A stretch of 64,000 nt of DNA, taken from Macrostomum lignano (taxonomy: Eukaryota). A model generated the notes under the pieces. The model saw nothing but the letters and a program-made list of their open reading frames with translations. It was not told the DNA's origin and searched no databases. The first letter of the stretch is position 1. Each line of letters opens with the position of its first letter. The stretch lies in the NCBI GenBank assembly GCA_002269645.1, contig NIVC01000172.1:334558-398557 (forward strand), in the 5' to 3' direction. Below are positions 35,106-48,783 of the stretch, piece after piece. The position numbers and the translations under genes were made by a program.

Positions 35106-36949
35106 CTAACTCTTTACCCATTAACAGCTGACGCTTTCTCATTGTACAATTTTCATCCGCAGACCTACATGCAGTGCGTTTCATCTTGTACATACTCATC
35201 CGCGATCAACTGACTCATAGGGACTCCATCTTCCGCGGGGGGACTGTTGTAGTGACCTTCGCGAAAGTTCTATACCGTATGATGTTTACTTCCAGAAATT
35301 TCTGCAAAACAGTACGAGTTAAATTCTAGAAAATTCTTTATCTAGCTATTTGTAATCTCATAGTAAATATTTCTACTCAATAATTATTTATTTACTGTAA
35401 TTCATCATCATACAAAATATGAATACCGTACGTACGATACTTACTATACAGTTTGTTTTACCGCACTAAAATGATTCTAGAAATTTCCGGAAGGACAAAT
35501 TATAGTATAAATATACAGTAGCTAAACCAGCATCTGCTCCAAGCCTCTTTGGATATTCGAGAAACTCAAGTGCCAAACAAAGAAGCAAACAAGGGCGAAC
35601 CACCGCCTAGCTCTACCTTTTTCATTTCACAGCCGCTACATGAGACTCTGCCAGCTGTGTTAGCTTTCTTATATACGCCATGCGTTTTACAGCTCGCATA
35701 AAAACAGCTGTTGCCCCACAACGGGAGGGGTTGTAAACGTGATATATGCCCCACACCAGAAAAGGTTATAAACGTAAGTGTTGGGAATATTGCAAATCGC
35801 CATTGATTTTTTTACTATTTTTTAGCTCATTTTTTAGCTATTTTTAGCTCATTTTTTAGCTATTTTTAGCTCATTTTTTAGCTATTTTTAGCTCATTTTT
35901 TAGCTATTTTTAGCTCATTTTTTAGCATTTTTTAGCTTTTTTTTGCTTTTTTATAGCTATTTTTAGCTTTTTTTAGCTGATTTTTTAGCTATTTTTATTA
36001 CAAAAAGTTGAAATTTGCAAATGCAATAAGATGAAAGCTTATTTTTTAGCTATTTTTAGCTATTTTTTGCTATTTTTACCCCCTTGGGAACTCATTAAAG
36101 AGGCTCCCAATAGTATAAACCTTAGTAGTAAAGGGTCTCTTTTGGGGACACACTGGACACCCTTCAGTGTGCTCTTTTGCTATCGCTATACGCTCTTTCG
36201 AGGGGTGTCCAGTGTGCCCCCAAAAGAGACCCTTTAGCTACTACTAATATTGTTGCCTAACAACGGGACAGAGAAAAATCCTCAAGCGATAGCGCTACCC
36301 CACTCAAACTGCATTGCTCTTCATTTTGTCAACTAAACCAGTTTGCTTGCTTGATTATAAAATACACTGTCTTGAATAATTTGCGGCACAGAGAGATTTG
36401 GAGATGTGAGCCTCACACTCATAATAGGGCCTTTAGAGGCCGATGTGTTAGAAATTCTTTCTGGCCTGTGGAGCAGAAGGTATCAAGAAAATAAAAACTG
36501 TTATAATTTTGTCTATGCGTTCTCGTTGACTATAAAATACACTGCCTTGAATATCTTTCAGCACGACGAACTTCGAGATACAGTATGTGCGCCTCATACT
36601 CATAGTAGGGCCTTTGGCAGCTGGTGTGTCTGAAACTGAAAGTCTACTGTCATTTGTTGAGTCATACAACCTCTAGACTCACTCTGACAGTCCTGTGTCC
36701 GCGCTTCCCCGCTCCCCATCAATATACTGAAATATAACAGCGTCCTTTGTCCCCGAATGATATTGATATTATAGAACACCAGATATGGGGATTAGAAATT
36801 AGCAAAGAACTAGCAATCTTCGCCCCCCGTTGGGGGACATCTGTATAGAACCTCTGTTCTCTACAAGTAACAAAAGATAGCCAAAAAAGGCCTTCACAAA
36901 GAAAACAGACAAAATACTCAAAGGAAGTGCAATGCAAAAAGAAATCATC

Positions 36950-37120
36950 CCAAGACAGCAAGCATCCCCCAGATAGCGAGCATCCTCCAGATTACAAGCA
37001 ACCCCCAGATAGCAAGCATCCCCCAGATAGCAAGCATCCGCCAGATAGCAAGCATCCGCCAGATAGCAAGCATCCCCTACATAGATAGCATCCCCAAATA
37101 GCAAGCATCCACCAGACAAT
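36950..37120. repeat. 18-bp minisatellite (gcaagcatcccccagata)
   Basis: About nine tandem copies. Confidence 0.9.
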
Positions 37121-37189
37121 AAGTAGCTAGTGCGACAATTTCCTTAGCATTATAGTGGCTCCTTTAAAATTCGCTTACTTTTATGTTTG

Positions 37190-40120
37190 AAATTGTGTAA
37201 ATTTTATGTTTGACATGGTGGCTGTTTTAAGTTCTACATGGCAACTGTTTTATGTTTGAAACGATGGCTTTTTAATGTCAGACATGGTGGCTCTTTTATG
37301 TTTTACATGGTGGCTCTTTTATGTTTGACATGGTGCCTCTTTATTGTTTGACATGGTGGCTCTTTAATGTTTAACCTGGTGGCTCTTTTATGTTTGAAAC
37401 AGTGGCTCTTTTATGTTTGACACAGTGGCTCTTTAATGTTCGACAAAGTGGCTATTTAATGTTTGACAAGGTGGCTTCTAAATGTTTGACATGGTGGCTC
37501 CTTAATGTTCGAGAAAGTGGCTCTTTAATGTTTTTCATGGTATAGCTCTTTTATGTTCGACATGGTGGCTCTTTTAGGTTTGACATGGTGGCTCTTTTAG
37601 GTTTGACATGGTGGCTCTTAAATGTTTGACATGGTGGCTCTTAAATGTTTGACATGGTGACTCTTTAATGTTTCAAATGGTGGCTCTTTAATGTTTTACA
37701 TGGTGGCTCTTAAATGTTTGACATGGTGGCTCTTAAATGTTTGACATGGTAGCTCTTTAATATTCTACATTGTGGCTCTTAAGTGTTCGAAATTGTGGAT
37801 ATTTTAGGTTTGACATGATGGCTGTTTAATGTTCAACATAGTGGCTCTTTAATATTCTACATGGTGGCTCTTTTATGTTTAACATGGTGGCTCTTAAATG
37901 TTTGACATGGTGGCTCTTTAATGTTTGACATGGTGGCTCTTTAATGTTTGGCATAAAGTCACTTATATGTTCGAAATGGTGGCTCTTTAATATTTTACAT
38001 TGTGGCTCTTAAGTGTTCGACATAGTGGCTCTTTTAGGTTTGACATGATGGCTCTTTTAGGTTTAACATGGTGGCTCTTTTAGGTTTAACATGGTGGCTC
38101 TTAAATGTTCGACATGGTGGCTCTTTAATGTTCGACATGGTGGCTCTTTAATGTTCGAAATGGTGGCTCTTTAATGTTCGAAATGGTGGCTCTTTAATGT
38201 TTGACATGTTGGCTCTTTTATGTTTGACATGGTGGATCTTTAATGTTCGAAATAGTGGCTCTTTTATGGTCGACATGGTGGCTCTTTAATGTTCGAAATG
38301 GTGGCTCTTTAATGTTCGAAATAGTGGCTCTTTTATTTTCGACATGGTGGCTCTTTTATGTTTGACATGGTGGCTCTTTTATGTTTGACATGGTGGATCT
38401 TTAATGTTCGAAATAGTGGTCTTTTATGGTCGACATGGTGGCTCTTTAATGTTCGAAATGGTGGCTCTTTAATGTTCGAAATAGTGGCTCTTTTATTTTC
38501 GACATGGTGGCTCTTTTAGGTTTGACATGGTGGCTCTTTAATGTTTAGCATGGTGACTTTTAATGTTTGACATGGTGGCTCTTTAATGTTCGGCATGGTG
38601 GCTCTTTAATGTTTAACACAAAGTCACATATATGTTTGACATGGTGGCTCTTAAATGTTTGACATGGTGGCTCTTTATGTTTGACATGTTGGCTCTTTTA
38701 TGTTTGACATGTTGGCTCTTTTATGTTTGACATGGTGGATCTTTAATGTTCGAAATAGTGGCTCTTTTATGGTCGACATGGTGGCTCTTTATTGTTCGAA
38801 ATAGTGGCTCTTTTATGGTCGACATGGTGGCTCTTTAATGTTCGAAATGGTGGCTCTTTAATGTTCGAAATAGTGGCTCTTTTATTTTCGACATGGTGGC
38901 TCTTTTATGTTTGACATGTTGGCTCTTTTATGTTTGACATGGTGGATCTTTAATGTTCGAAATAGTGGCTCTTTTATGGTCGACATGGTGGCTCTTTAAT
39001 GTTCGAAATGGTGGCTCTTTAATGTTCGAAATAGTGGCTCTTTTATTTTCGACATGGTGGCTCTTTAATGTTTAGCATGGTGACTTTTAATGTTTGACAT
39101 GGTGGCTCTTTAATGTTCGGCATGGTGGCTCTTTAATGTTTAACACAAAGTCACATATATGTTTGACATGGTGGCTCTTAAATGTTTGACATGGTGGCTC
39201 TTTATGTTTGACATGTTGGCTCTTTTATGTTTGACATGTTGGCTCTTTTATGTTTGACATGGTGGCTCTTTAATGTTCGAAAAAGTGGCTCCTAAATGTT
39301 TGACATAGTGGCTCTTTGATGTTCGAAATAGTGGCTCTTTTATTTTCGACATGGTGGCTCTTTAATGTTCGATATGGTGGCTGTTTAATGTTCGAAATGG
39401 TGGCTCTTTTATGTTTGACATAAAGTCACCTATATGTTTTACATGGTGCCTCTTAAATATTAGACATGGTGGCTCGTTTAGGTTTGACGTGGTAGCTCTT
39501 TAATGTTCGACATGGTGGCTCTTTAATATTCGATATGTTGGCTCTTTTATGTTTGACATGGTGGCTCGTTTTTGTTCGAAATGGTGGCTCTTATTTGTTC
39601 TACATGGTAACTCTTTTATATTTGATACGGTGGCTTTTTTAAAGTCTGACATGTTGGCTCTTTTATGTTTGACATGGTGGCTCTTTAATGTTCGACAAAG
39701 TGGCTCCTAAATGTTTGACATAGTGGCTCTTTAATGTTTGACAATGTGGCTTTTGAATGTTTGACATGGTGGCTCTTTAATGATAGACATGGTGGCTCTT
39801 TTATGTTCGAAATGGTGGCTCTTTAATGTTTAAAATAGTGGCTCTTTTATGTTCGAAATGGTGGCTCTTAAATGTTCGAAATAGTGGCTCTTTTATTTTC
39901 GACATGGTGGCTCTTTAATTTCGAAATGGTGGCTGTTTAATGTTCGAAATGGTGGCTCTTTTATGTTTGACATAAGGTCACTTATATGTTTTATATGGTG
40001 CCTCTTAAATATTAGACATGGTGGCTCGTTTAGGTTTGACATGGTGGCTCTTTAGTATTCGATATGTTAGCTCTTTTATGTTCGACATGGTGGCTCTTCT
40101 ATGTTTGGCATTGCGCTTCT
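37190..40120. repeat. About 22-bp satellite array (gacatggtggctctttaatgttt), about 2.9 kb
   Basis: More than 100 tandem units with variant blocks repeated at higher order. Confidence 0.97.
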
Positions 40121-40299
40121 TTTATGTTTAGAAGTTTTGTGTTTTGAGGTGTTTTAATAAAAAAAATCTTTTTTGCCCTACTAAGATTCGAACCCAGGTC
40201 GCTACATTAGCATTCCAGTCTGTTCGCATCTGGGCTATCTTTTTCAATTGGAGAACATAAATTGTGGCCCTTATAATTCAATTCTTACAGCAAGTCAAT

Positions 40300-43200
40300 T
40301 GGAGTAAAAAGTTATGACATAATCAATTTCTCAGTCAGCCTGAATCAGTCTCAATTTAAGTTGCCAATATGGTTACGCAATTTCATTCAAGTCGTGTGTG
40401 CATTCCTTTGACACTGGTATTTCCTATTTGCAGAAATCAGCATCACTTGTGTGTAAAATTTCATTATCTGAATTACATGAGGTACTTCAGCCGTACTACC
40501 TGACTATCTGACAATCGCCCAACAACCTAACATCCCCCAACAATTCAGCCATCGTCTATGAGCCTTGGCATCTTAGCAATTCCCCTCCCCCCCCAGTAAG
40601 CCTTGACATCTCAGCAATTCCCCCAGTAAGCCTTGACATCTCAGCAATTCCACCAGTAAGCCTTGACAAGAATTTCTAAGAATTGCTAGGAATTGCTAAG
40701 AATTGCTAAGAATTGCTAAGAATACTTGGCTAACAATTGCTAATACTTGCTAAGAATTGCTGAGAAGCCTTGAGATCTCAGCAATTCCCCCAGTAAGCAT
40801 TGATATCTCAGCATTCCCCCAGTAAGCCTTGAAATCTCAGCATTCCCCCAGAAAGCCTTCACATCTTAGCAATTCCCAGTAAGACTTGACAATTCATCAA
40901 TTCCCCCAGAAAGCCTTGACATCTCAGCAGTTCCCCCATTAAGCATCGACATCGCAGAAATTAAACTCGAGCCTTGACATCTACGCAGTTCTCTCAGCCG
41001 AGTAAGCCTTGACATCCCAACAACCCAACTCCCCTCCCCCAAGAATTCAGCAATCCCCTTATGAGCCTTGATATCTCAGCAATTTCTTCATGAGCCTTGT
41101 CAACTCAGCGATTCCATCCATGAGCTTTGATATCTTAGCAACTCCCATTTTAGCTAGTCTTTAGTTGATGGCAAGTCCTTGGTTGATGGTTAACAGAGTG
41201 GTTATTCTATGATTAAACCAAAACTGACCCTAAGCCCCTAACCCTAACCCATAAGTGAGTCTTGGCATGTTAGCAATCTCCCCCGTGAGCCTTGAGCCTG
41301 AGCATTTAAGTAACTTCCTCATAAGCTTTGAAATCTAAATTTCACCGAAAGCCTTAAATTGTCAGCAATTCCCGAAGAGCCAAGGCATATAACTAATTCG
41401 ACCCTTTAATCTTAGAAATTCCTTAATGAATCATTTATGATTGACACGACGATGGCTCTATAATTGAACTGAAACCCTAACCCTTAACCTGCAGCCGTCA
41501 CAGCATTTCAGCAACTCCTTCTCAGCTCAAGAATTTCAGAAATTCCCCAATGAGCTTTTGAAATCTTAGCAATTTTTCCCATGAGCATGAAAATTTAGCG
41601 ACTAACCTTTTGATATCTTGGCACTTTCACACGAGTCTTATGATTGAACCCTAACCCTGCCAAGTCACAGCATTTCAGCAATTCCCACTATGAACCACAG
41701 CATTTCAACAATTACCCAATGAACCTTGACATTTCCTGAATTTCAGCTATTCCCTTTAGCAGCCTTTGAAATCTCAGCCATTCCCCTGTGAACCTTAGTA
41801 TCTCAGCAATACCCAAGAGTCACAGCCTACAGCATTACAGGGATCCCCCGTGAGCTTTGAAATCTCAACTATTCCCCAATGAGCCTTGATATCTCAGCAA
41901 CTCCTATTTGAGGCAATATCCCCATGTTTTGCAATCACAGCAATTCCTCCTGAGCCTTGAGCCACAGTATATTTCAGATACCCCCCATGAGCCTTGACAT
42001 TCCCTAACGAGTATTTTATGTTTGACAGGCCTATTCATTTATATGGTTTACGTCTTACTCTTACCCTAAAAATGTCGGCAATTCCCTCAAGAGCCACAGC
42101 ATTCCAGAAATTATCTCCATGAGCCTTGACAGCAAATAATTTTAATGAGCCTTGATACCTCAGCAATTTCTCAAATGAACTTTGAAATCAAAGCAATTCT
42201 GCCCAGAATCACATCAGTATAGGAATTTCCCTCTGAGCCTTGACAAGACATCTCCGAATTTCTCCCATGGGCCTTGATCTGGCCCATGGCCCAGTAAGCC
42301 TTGACATCTCAAAAATTCCCTCATTAAGATCGACATCGCAGCAATTGAACTCAAGCTTTGAAATCAAAGCAATTCTCCCCAGAATTACATCATTATAGCA
42401 ATTACCGCTGAGCTTTGAGATCTTAGAAATTCTCCCATGAGTCTTGATATCACAGAAATTTTCCATACCAGCCCTGACATCTTAGAAATTCACATTGAGT
42501 CTTCTTTTATGGTTGACATGGTGATTCTTTTGTCGCTTTTTCTTGTGTTGAGTTTTCTTGTGTTTAAAGTAGCATTTATTAAAATCTTACTTTTTAATTA
42601 ATTACTCAGAAAAACAAAGAAAAAACAGGTAAACACTTTAGCAATGGTTTACCATCACTTTAGCAATGGTTTACCATCACTTTAGCAATGGTTCACCAGC
42701 AGTTTAGCAATGGTTTAGCATCACTTTAGCAATGGTTCACCAGCAGTTTAGCAATGGTTCACCAGTAGTTTAGCAATGGTTCACCAGTAGTTTAGCAATG
42801 GTTCACCATCACTTTAGCAATGGTTCACCATCACTTTAGCAATAGTTCACCAGCAGTTTAGCAATGGTTCACCAGCAGTTTAGCAATGGTTCACCAGCAG
42901 TTTAGCAATGGTTTACCATCACTTTAGCAATGGTTTACCATCACTTTAGCAATGGTTCACCAGCAGTTTAGCAATGGTTCACCAGCAGTTTAGCAATGGT
43001 TCACCAGCAGTTTAGCAATAGTTCACCAGCAGTTTAGCAATGGTTCACCAGCAGTTTAGCAATGGTTTACCATCACTTTAGCAATGGTTTACCATCACTT
43101 TAGCAATGGTTCACCAGCAGTTTAGCAATAGTTCACCAGCAGTTTAGCAATGGTTCACCAGCAGTTTAGCAATGGTTTACCATCACTTTAGCAATGGTTT

Positions 43201-46200
43201 ACCATCACTTTAGCAATGGTTCACCAGCAGTTTAGCAATGGTTTAGCATCACTTTAGCAATGGTTTACCATCACTTTAGCAATGGTTTACCATCACTTTA
43301 GCAATGGTTCACCAGCAGTTTAGCAATGGTTCACCAGCAGTTTAGCAATAGTTCACCAGCAGTTTAGCAATGGTTCACCAGCAGTTTAGCAATGGTTCAC
43401 CAGCAGTTTAGCAATGGGTTCACCGGCACTATTCCGCAAAATCTGCATAGGATGCAATCATTATTGTCACAGGTCACAAAGATAAATTCGCTGCTTCAAT
43501 GCAGGCTCGAACTGCTGACATCAAAGCATTCTGCTTAGCTTCTGCCGGATACTGCCTGCCTACTGCGGCTGTTTTGCCTATTGACATGTGGTCGAAATAA
43601 TCTAGTTTAGCAACTTCAGCCGTTTGAAGTTAACCCCCAGAAATAGGCATTTATCCCTACAACAACCTGAAATTATCCCTGCATCTAATCCCGCAAAAAG
43701 ACTGCAGTTATTTCTTAGCAGCCGGCATTTATCATCCACTTTGCATTCTACAACTTTTACTAAAATTAAGCATGTATACCCTCAGCTCATAGAATTGTCC
43801 TCTTAGCAAAAAATATTTCACTTAGCAGCCTGCAGTAATCCCCTCAACAACTTGTACTTAATATTCCACAGTTAATATCCACTCAAAGCTCAATAGTTAG
43901 TTATTAGCCTCAGAAGTCTGCCATTATCCCCCTATTAGTCGGCAGTTTTCCCTCTCAGCAGTCTGCAGCTATACGCTCATACGTCTGGAGGAACTACCTC
44001 AGCAGTTTGCAGTTGTTTCCCCTTTGCAATCTGCAATGATCCCTTCGACAGTCTGCAGTTCCCCTAAGCAGTCTGCAGTCATTCCATTTGTAGTCTACAA
44101 GTGTTCAATTAACAATTTTCAGTCATCCTCTCAGCAGCCTGCAGTTCTTCTCTCAGCCGGCTCCTCAGCTCCTCAGGAAAATGCAATTTGCTCAGCATTT
44201 TACGGCTCACTAATAAATTTTCGATACATATCGGCAGTCTTGCAAAACTCAGCATTTTTCGATACCGTCAGCAGTTTTATTCAGAATGGTCTGCAGTTTA
44301 GCAATTTCATACTTTCATGGAACTATGCCATATACCCATTGATGGGATCAGTACGCTCGTAATACATGTACTCGAAGCAGTTTTTACAAATCAAATTTGC
44401 TTAGCGACTTGTGCTAAATAGCAAAAATACATGTAGTTCATTTAGTGTGCCTTGTTAATTAAGCATAAAACTTCCAATTAGTCGAAGCACAAGCTAAAAT
44501 GAAATAATAATTAGTTCAATTTCAATTGTCCGCTGCGAGCCAGACTCTAACCTGGGACCTTACGCCTATCCTAAACCTGGTCCTAGTGCCTACAGTGCGG
44601 CTACTCCGCCTATTGATCGGAGGGCGACAAAATCAGCCATATATGCTTTGGCACTGCAGTGAAATACACAGCAGTGATAGGCTGCTCAGTGCACGGGTTG
44701 CATGCAGGCAGAGTCAATGCGCAGTTAAGTGAAATCTATAAATTAGATTTAAGTCTGGAGGAACTAATTCACAGTCTGCAGTTCTTCTCTGGCCGGCACC
44801 TCAGTCCTCTCAAAAAACTGCAATTTGCTCAGAATTGTACGGCTCACTAATCAATTTTTGATACATATCGGCAGTCTTAAAAAGCTCAGCATTTAGCAGC
44901 ATTGTCTGCAGTTTAGTAATTTCGTACTTTTATGGAGCTAGACAATACCTATTGATGGGATCAGTTATACTCGAAGCAGTTTTAACAAATCAAATTTGAT
45001 TAGTGGCTTGTGCCGAGTAGCAAAAAATGAATTGCGAATTAATGAAAATGTTTCAATTGAAATTAATCAAAAATGTTCCAATTAGTCGAGGCACAAGCTA
45101 TAAATTATTGAATTATTTTAATTTTAATTATCCGCCGGGGAGGCAGACTCGAACCTTGGACCTTACGCCTAGCCTAAACCTAGTCCTAGTGCCTACAGTG
45201 CGGCTACTCCGCCTATTGATGGGAGGACAACAAAATCAGCCATATATGCTTCAGAACTGCAGTTAAAATACATAGCAGTGATAGGCTGCTCAGTGTGTAG
45301 GCGTACAGGCGGAGCCAATGCACAGTTGAGTGAAATCTATAAATAGCAATTTTCTATGGAGTCCGCCAGTCAGAGCCAGGGTCAGAGTGTACACACGCAG
45401 CCACTGAGCATTTTTTCTCCTTGCACACTGCAACCAGTATTGAAGCTTACACAGTGGAGAGAGAAAAGTTATGGCGCAATCATAATTGGAATTGGAATTC
45501 AGCCAGTCCAGTCAAGAATTCAAGCTAGTTTGCCCTTCCATTAAAAGCATTGGGAAAACTCGTTTTTCGAATATTTGATACCTTTAGCATTAAAGCCAAT
45601 TAAAGAAATTTTAACTGTCTTCTTTCCAGATAATTACAAATCTTTTCGTGGAAACGCGATTAAAATTGGTCAATTGGTTCTATCTCTAGAACGTTATGCA
45701 AATACTAACACAAATTCTCTTCGAGTGAAAGTCACACGAAGCAGCTATGACATAATCAAATACTCAGGCAGTCAGCATCAGTCTCATTTAAAGTTAGCAA
45801 TATGGTTACGCAATTTCTGTCTTTCAACTTGGCACAGTGTTTTCAACTTGTTGTGATGCAATCTTTATCAAAATCAGAATTCAGTCAGTCGGTTTTTTCT
45901 CTAGCATTCTTACAGCGCATTTCAAGTCGAAAGAGCTGCTTGACCTTTGCAAAAACACATGTTTTTCGAATATTTAATCCCTTTAGCATTGAAGCAGATA
46001 CAAGAAATTTTAACCATACAATCCCAGGCTGATTACAAATCTTTTGGCGAAAATCGGTCGAGAATTGCGATCTCTAGAGCGTTATGGACATACAAACCTT
46101 AGAGATTTAGTATATTTTTAGATTTTAGAAGATTTAGATTTAGATTTAGATTTAGATTAGATTTAGATTAGATAGACTAGCCATTTAGCCCCCCTCTGGG

Positions 46201-48200
46201 GAGCCTTAAAAATGACACCAATTGGTTTGTATTTTGGCAAAACAGCAACCTTACTATAATTATCCGAAATGTTGATTTCCATTAATCAAAAATTACCTTT
46301 TCTCACGTTTAAAAAAATAAAGTTGCCATGAATCAGAACTTTTATTAGCCAAAAAGTTTCCTTCATCAGCACAAAACCCTTTCTCAATCAGCAAATAGTG
46401 CTTATCCGTTCAAGCACAAACTCTTAGTGAATATCGTCACTGGCCGGGGCATATTCTGATCCGCAGCAGGAGCTCAAAATGCAAATCCCTGACGGCCTTA
46501 GACCCTCTCTGTTTATTAGCCTAAATCAATGAATCAAACCTTTAATAAATGCGCTGCTGGTATTTCCTTTTAGCATAAATCAGCATCACTTCTGTGTACT
46601 TTTTCATTATCTAAATTTCATGAGCTACTTGAGCCGTACTCTATCTTACTATCTTACACTATCTTACTATCTTACAATCGCCCAATAACCTTGTAACCCC
46701 CCCCCCCCAAATTCAGCCATCGTCCATGAGCCTTGACATATCAGCAATTCCCCCAGTAAGCCTTGACATATCAGCAATTCCCTTAGTAAGCCTTGAGATC
46801 TCAGAAATTCCCCCCATAAGCTCTGAGATCTCAGCAATTGCCCCCCGGTAAGCCTTGATATCTCAGCAATTCCCCCAGTAAGCCTTGACATCTCAGCAGT
46901 TATCCCATTAAGCCTCGACATCACAGCAATTAAACTCGAGCCTTGACATCACGCAATTCTCCCAGCGCAGTAAGCCTTGACATACCAACAACCCAACTCC
47001 CTTTTCCCAAGAATTCAGCAAAACCCTTATAAGCCTTGATAACTCAGCAATTTCTTTATGAGCTTTGTCAACAGAGCGATTCCACAATGAACTTTGATTA
47101 TATCTAAACAAGTCTTTAATTAATGGTCACCCTAACCCATAAGTGAGTCTTGGCGTGTTGGCAATTTCCACCATAAGCCTTGAGCCTCAGCATTAAAGTA
47201 ACTTCCTCAAAAATAAGCTTTGTAATCTGAATTTCACCGAAAGCCTTGACCTGTCAGCAATTCCCCGTAGTAGAGCCAAAGCATTTAAGTTTTCCCCCCA
47301 AGAGCATTTAATCTTAGCAACTCCTCGATGGATCATTATTGATTGTCACGACGATCGCTCTATAATTGAACCAAAACCATAACCCTTGTAGTAGAATTTC
47401 AGCAATTCCCCAATGAGCTTTGGAAATGTTAGCAATTTCCCCATGAGCCTGAAAATTGAGTGACTAACCTTTTGATATCTTGGCACTTGCATTTCAACAA
47501 TTAATTTCAGCAATTTCACAAATGAAACTTGAAATCAAAGCAATTCTCCCCAGAATGACATAATTATAGCAATTCCCCCTGAGCCTTCAGATCTTATAAA
47601 TTCTACCGAGTGTCTTGATATCACAGCAATTTCCCATACCAGCATTATGCTCGTAGCAATAGTCTTAGCAGTCTTAACAGTCTAAGCAAATTCCCGATGA
47701 GACTTTTACGTTCGACAGGGCGCTTCATTTATGATTGATATGATGATTCTTGTTCGCTTTTTCTTGCGTTGCGTTTTCTTCTCTTTAAAAGTTTTTATTA
47801 AAAAATTACAATATTTTACCATAGCTTTCTGCAGTTTAGCAATGGTTCACCAGCATTTCAGCAATGGTTCACCAGCAGTTGAGCAATGCTTCACCAGCAG
47901 TTTAGCAATGCTTCACCAGCATTTCAGCAATGGTTCACCAGCAGTTTAGCAATGCTTCACCAGCATTTCAACAATGGTTCACCAGCAGTTTAGCAATGCC
48001 TCACCAGCAGTTTGCATTAGCAATGGTTCACCAGCATTTCAGCAATGGTACACCAGCAGTTGAGCAATGCTTCACCAGCAGTTTAGCAATAGTTCACCAG
48101 CATTTCAGCAATGGTTCACCAGCAGCTTAGCAATGCTTCACCGGCATTTCATCAATGGTTCACCAGCATTTCAGCAATGGTTCACCAGCAAGCCTATCTT
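40300..48200 (+). repeat. Composite macro-repeat, about 1.3-1.5 diverged tandem copies
   Basis: The gagccttgacatctcagcaattccc blocks at 40560-42500 recur at 46730-47650; the 21-bp ttagcaatggttcaccagcagt arrays at 42640-43420 recur at 47830-48190; the anchor aaatcagcatcactt occurs at about 40435 and about 46576. Confidence 0.85.
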
Positions 48201-48783
48201 AATTGATTTCTTTTCCTCGCAGCTTCTGAAGTCAGCAACGCCAGCGACATGCCTAAGAGACAAGAATGCGCTTTAACGATCAGCAGCGAGCATTCTGATC
48301 TCGCCGCTGCATCCGTCATTTGGTTCACTTGCTGCTCACAATCCGCAGCAGCAGCAGCAGCAGCAGCAGCAGCCGCTATCCATGCAGGCAGTCAGTCTAT
48401 TTGTGAATTTTCTGGTGGATCTTAAGAAAACCCGTCTGGCACAGGATTAAAGAGAAAGAGACGATCTGTTTTGGGTGAGTATTATCTGCTGTAGAAGTAT
48501 TTTACACCAGAGTACTTGTGTTACCTGGTAGAGCACAATTCAAAAGCAATGCAACAATCTCAGTGGCATTGTTGGGACACAAGCTACAAACGCAAAGAAT
48601 AGTAAACACAGCCCAGCCTAGCTCAAGGCTAGTAATTTGTTGGGCATTTATTGGGACATTGCAGCCAGGCCTATTTTTTGAACAGCATTTGTTGGGTCGC
48701 ACTTATTGGGACAATACTGATTCTAATCGCGACTACTTCTGAGTTCTGAATTTTCAAAACAGACCCAGCAAAACAGAAAATGA

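Larger units (their letters stand above)
30447..35640 (+). mobile_element. Full-length Ty3/Gypsy LTR retrotransposon (CsRn1-like), very recent
   Basis: 393-bp LTRs at 30447-30839 and 35248-35640 (TG...CA; one mismatch seen); 4-bp TSD tgag; PBS tggtccggtgag at 30842; purine tract before the 3' LTR. Confidence 0.97.
29721..36247. mobile_element. Long-TIR non-autonomous DNA element with palindromic termini and (aaaatagct)n arrays; hosts the Gypsy insertion
   Basis: 29933 to about 30190 is the reverse complement of about 35810-36162; the outer ends ttagtagta.../...tactactaa are flanked by TA. Confidence 0.7.

Noticed and set aside
40180-40235. tRNA-like attcgaacccagg
   Set aside because: Only a B-box-like motif on the minus strand, with no cloverleaf or A box.
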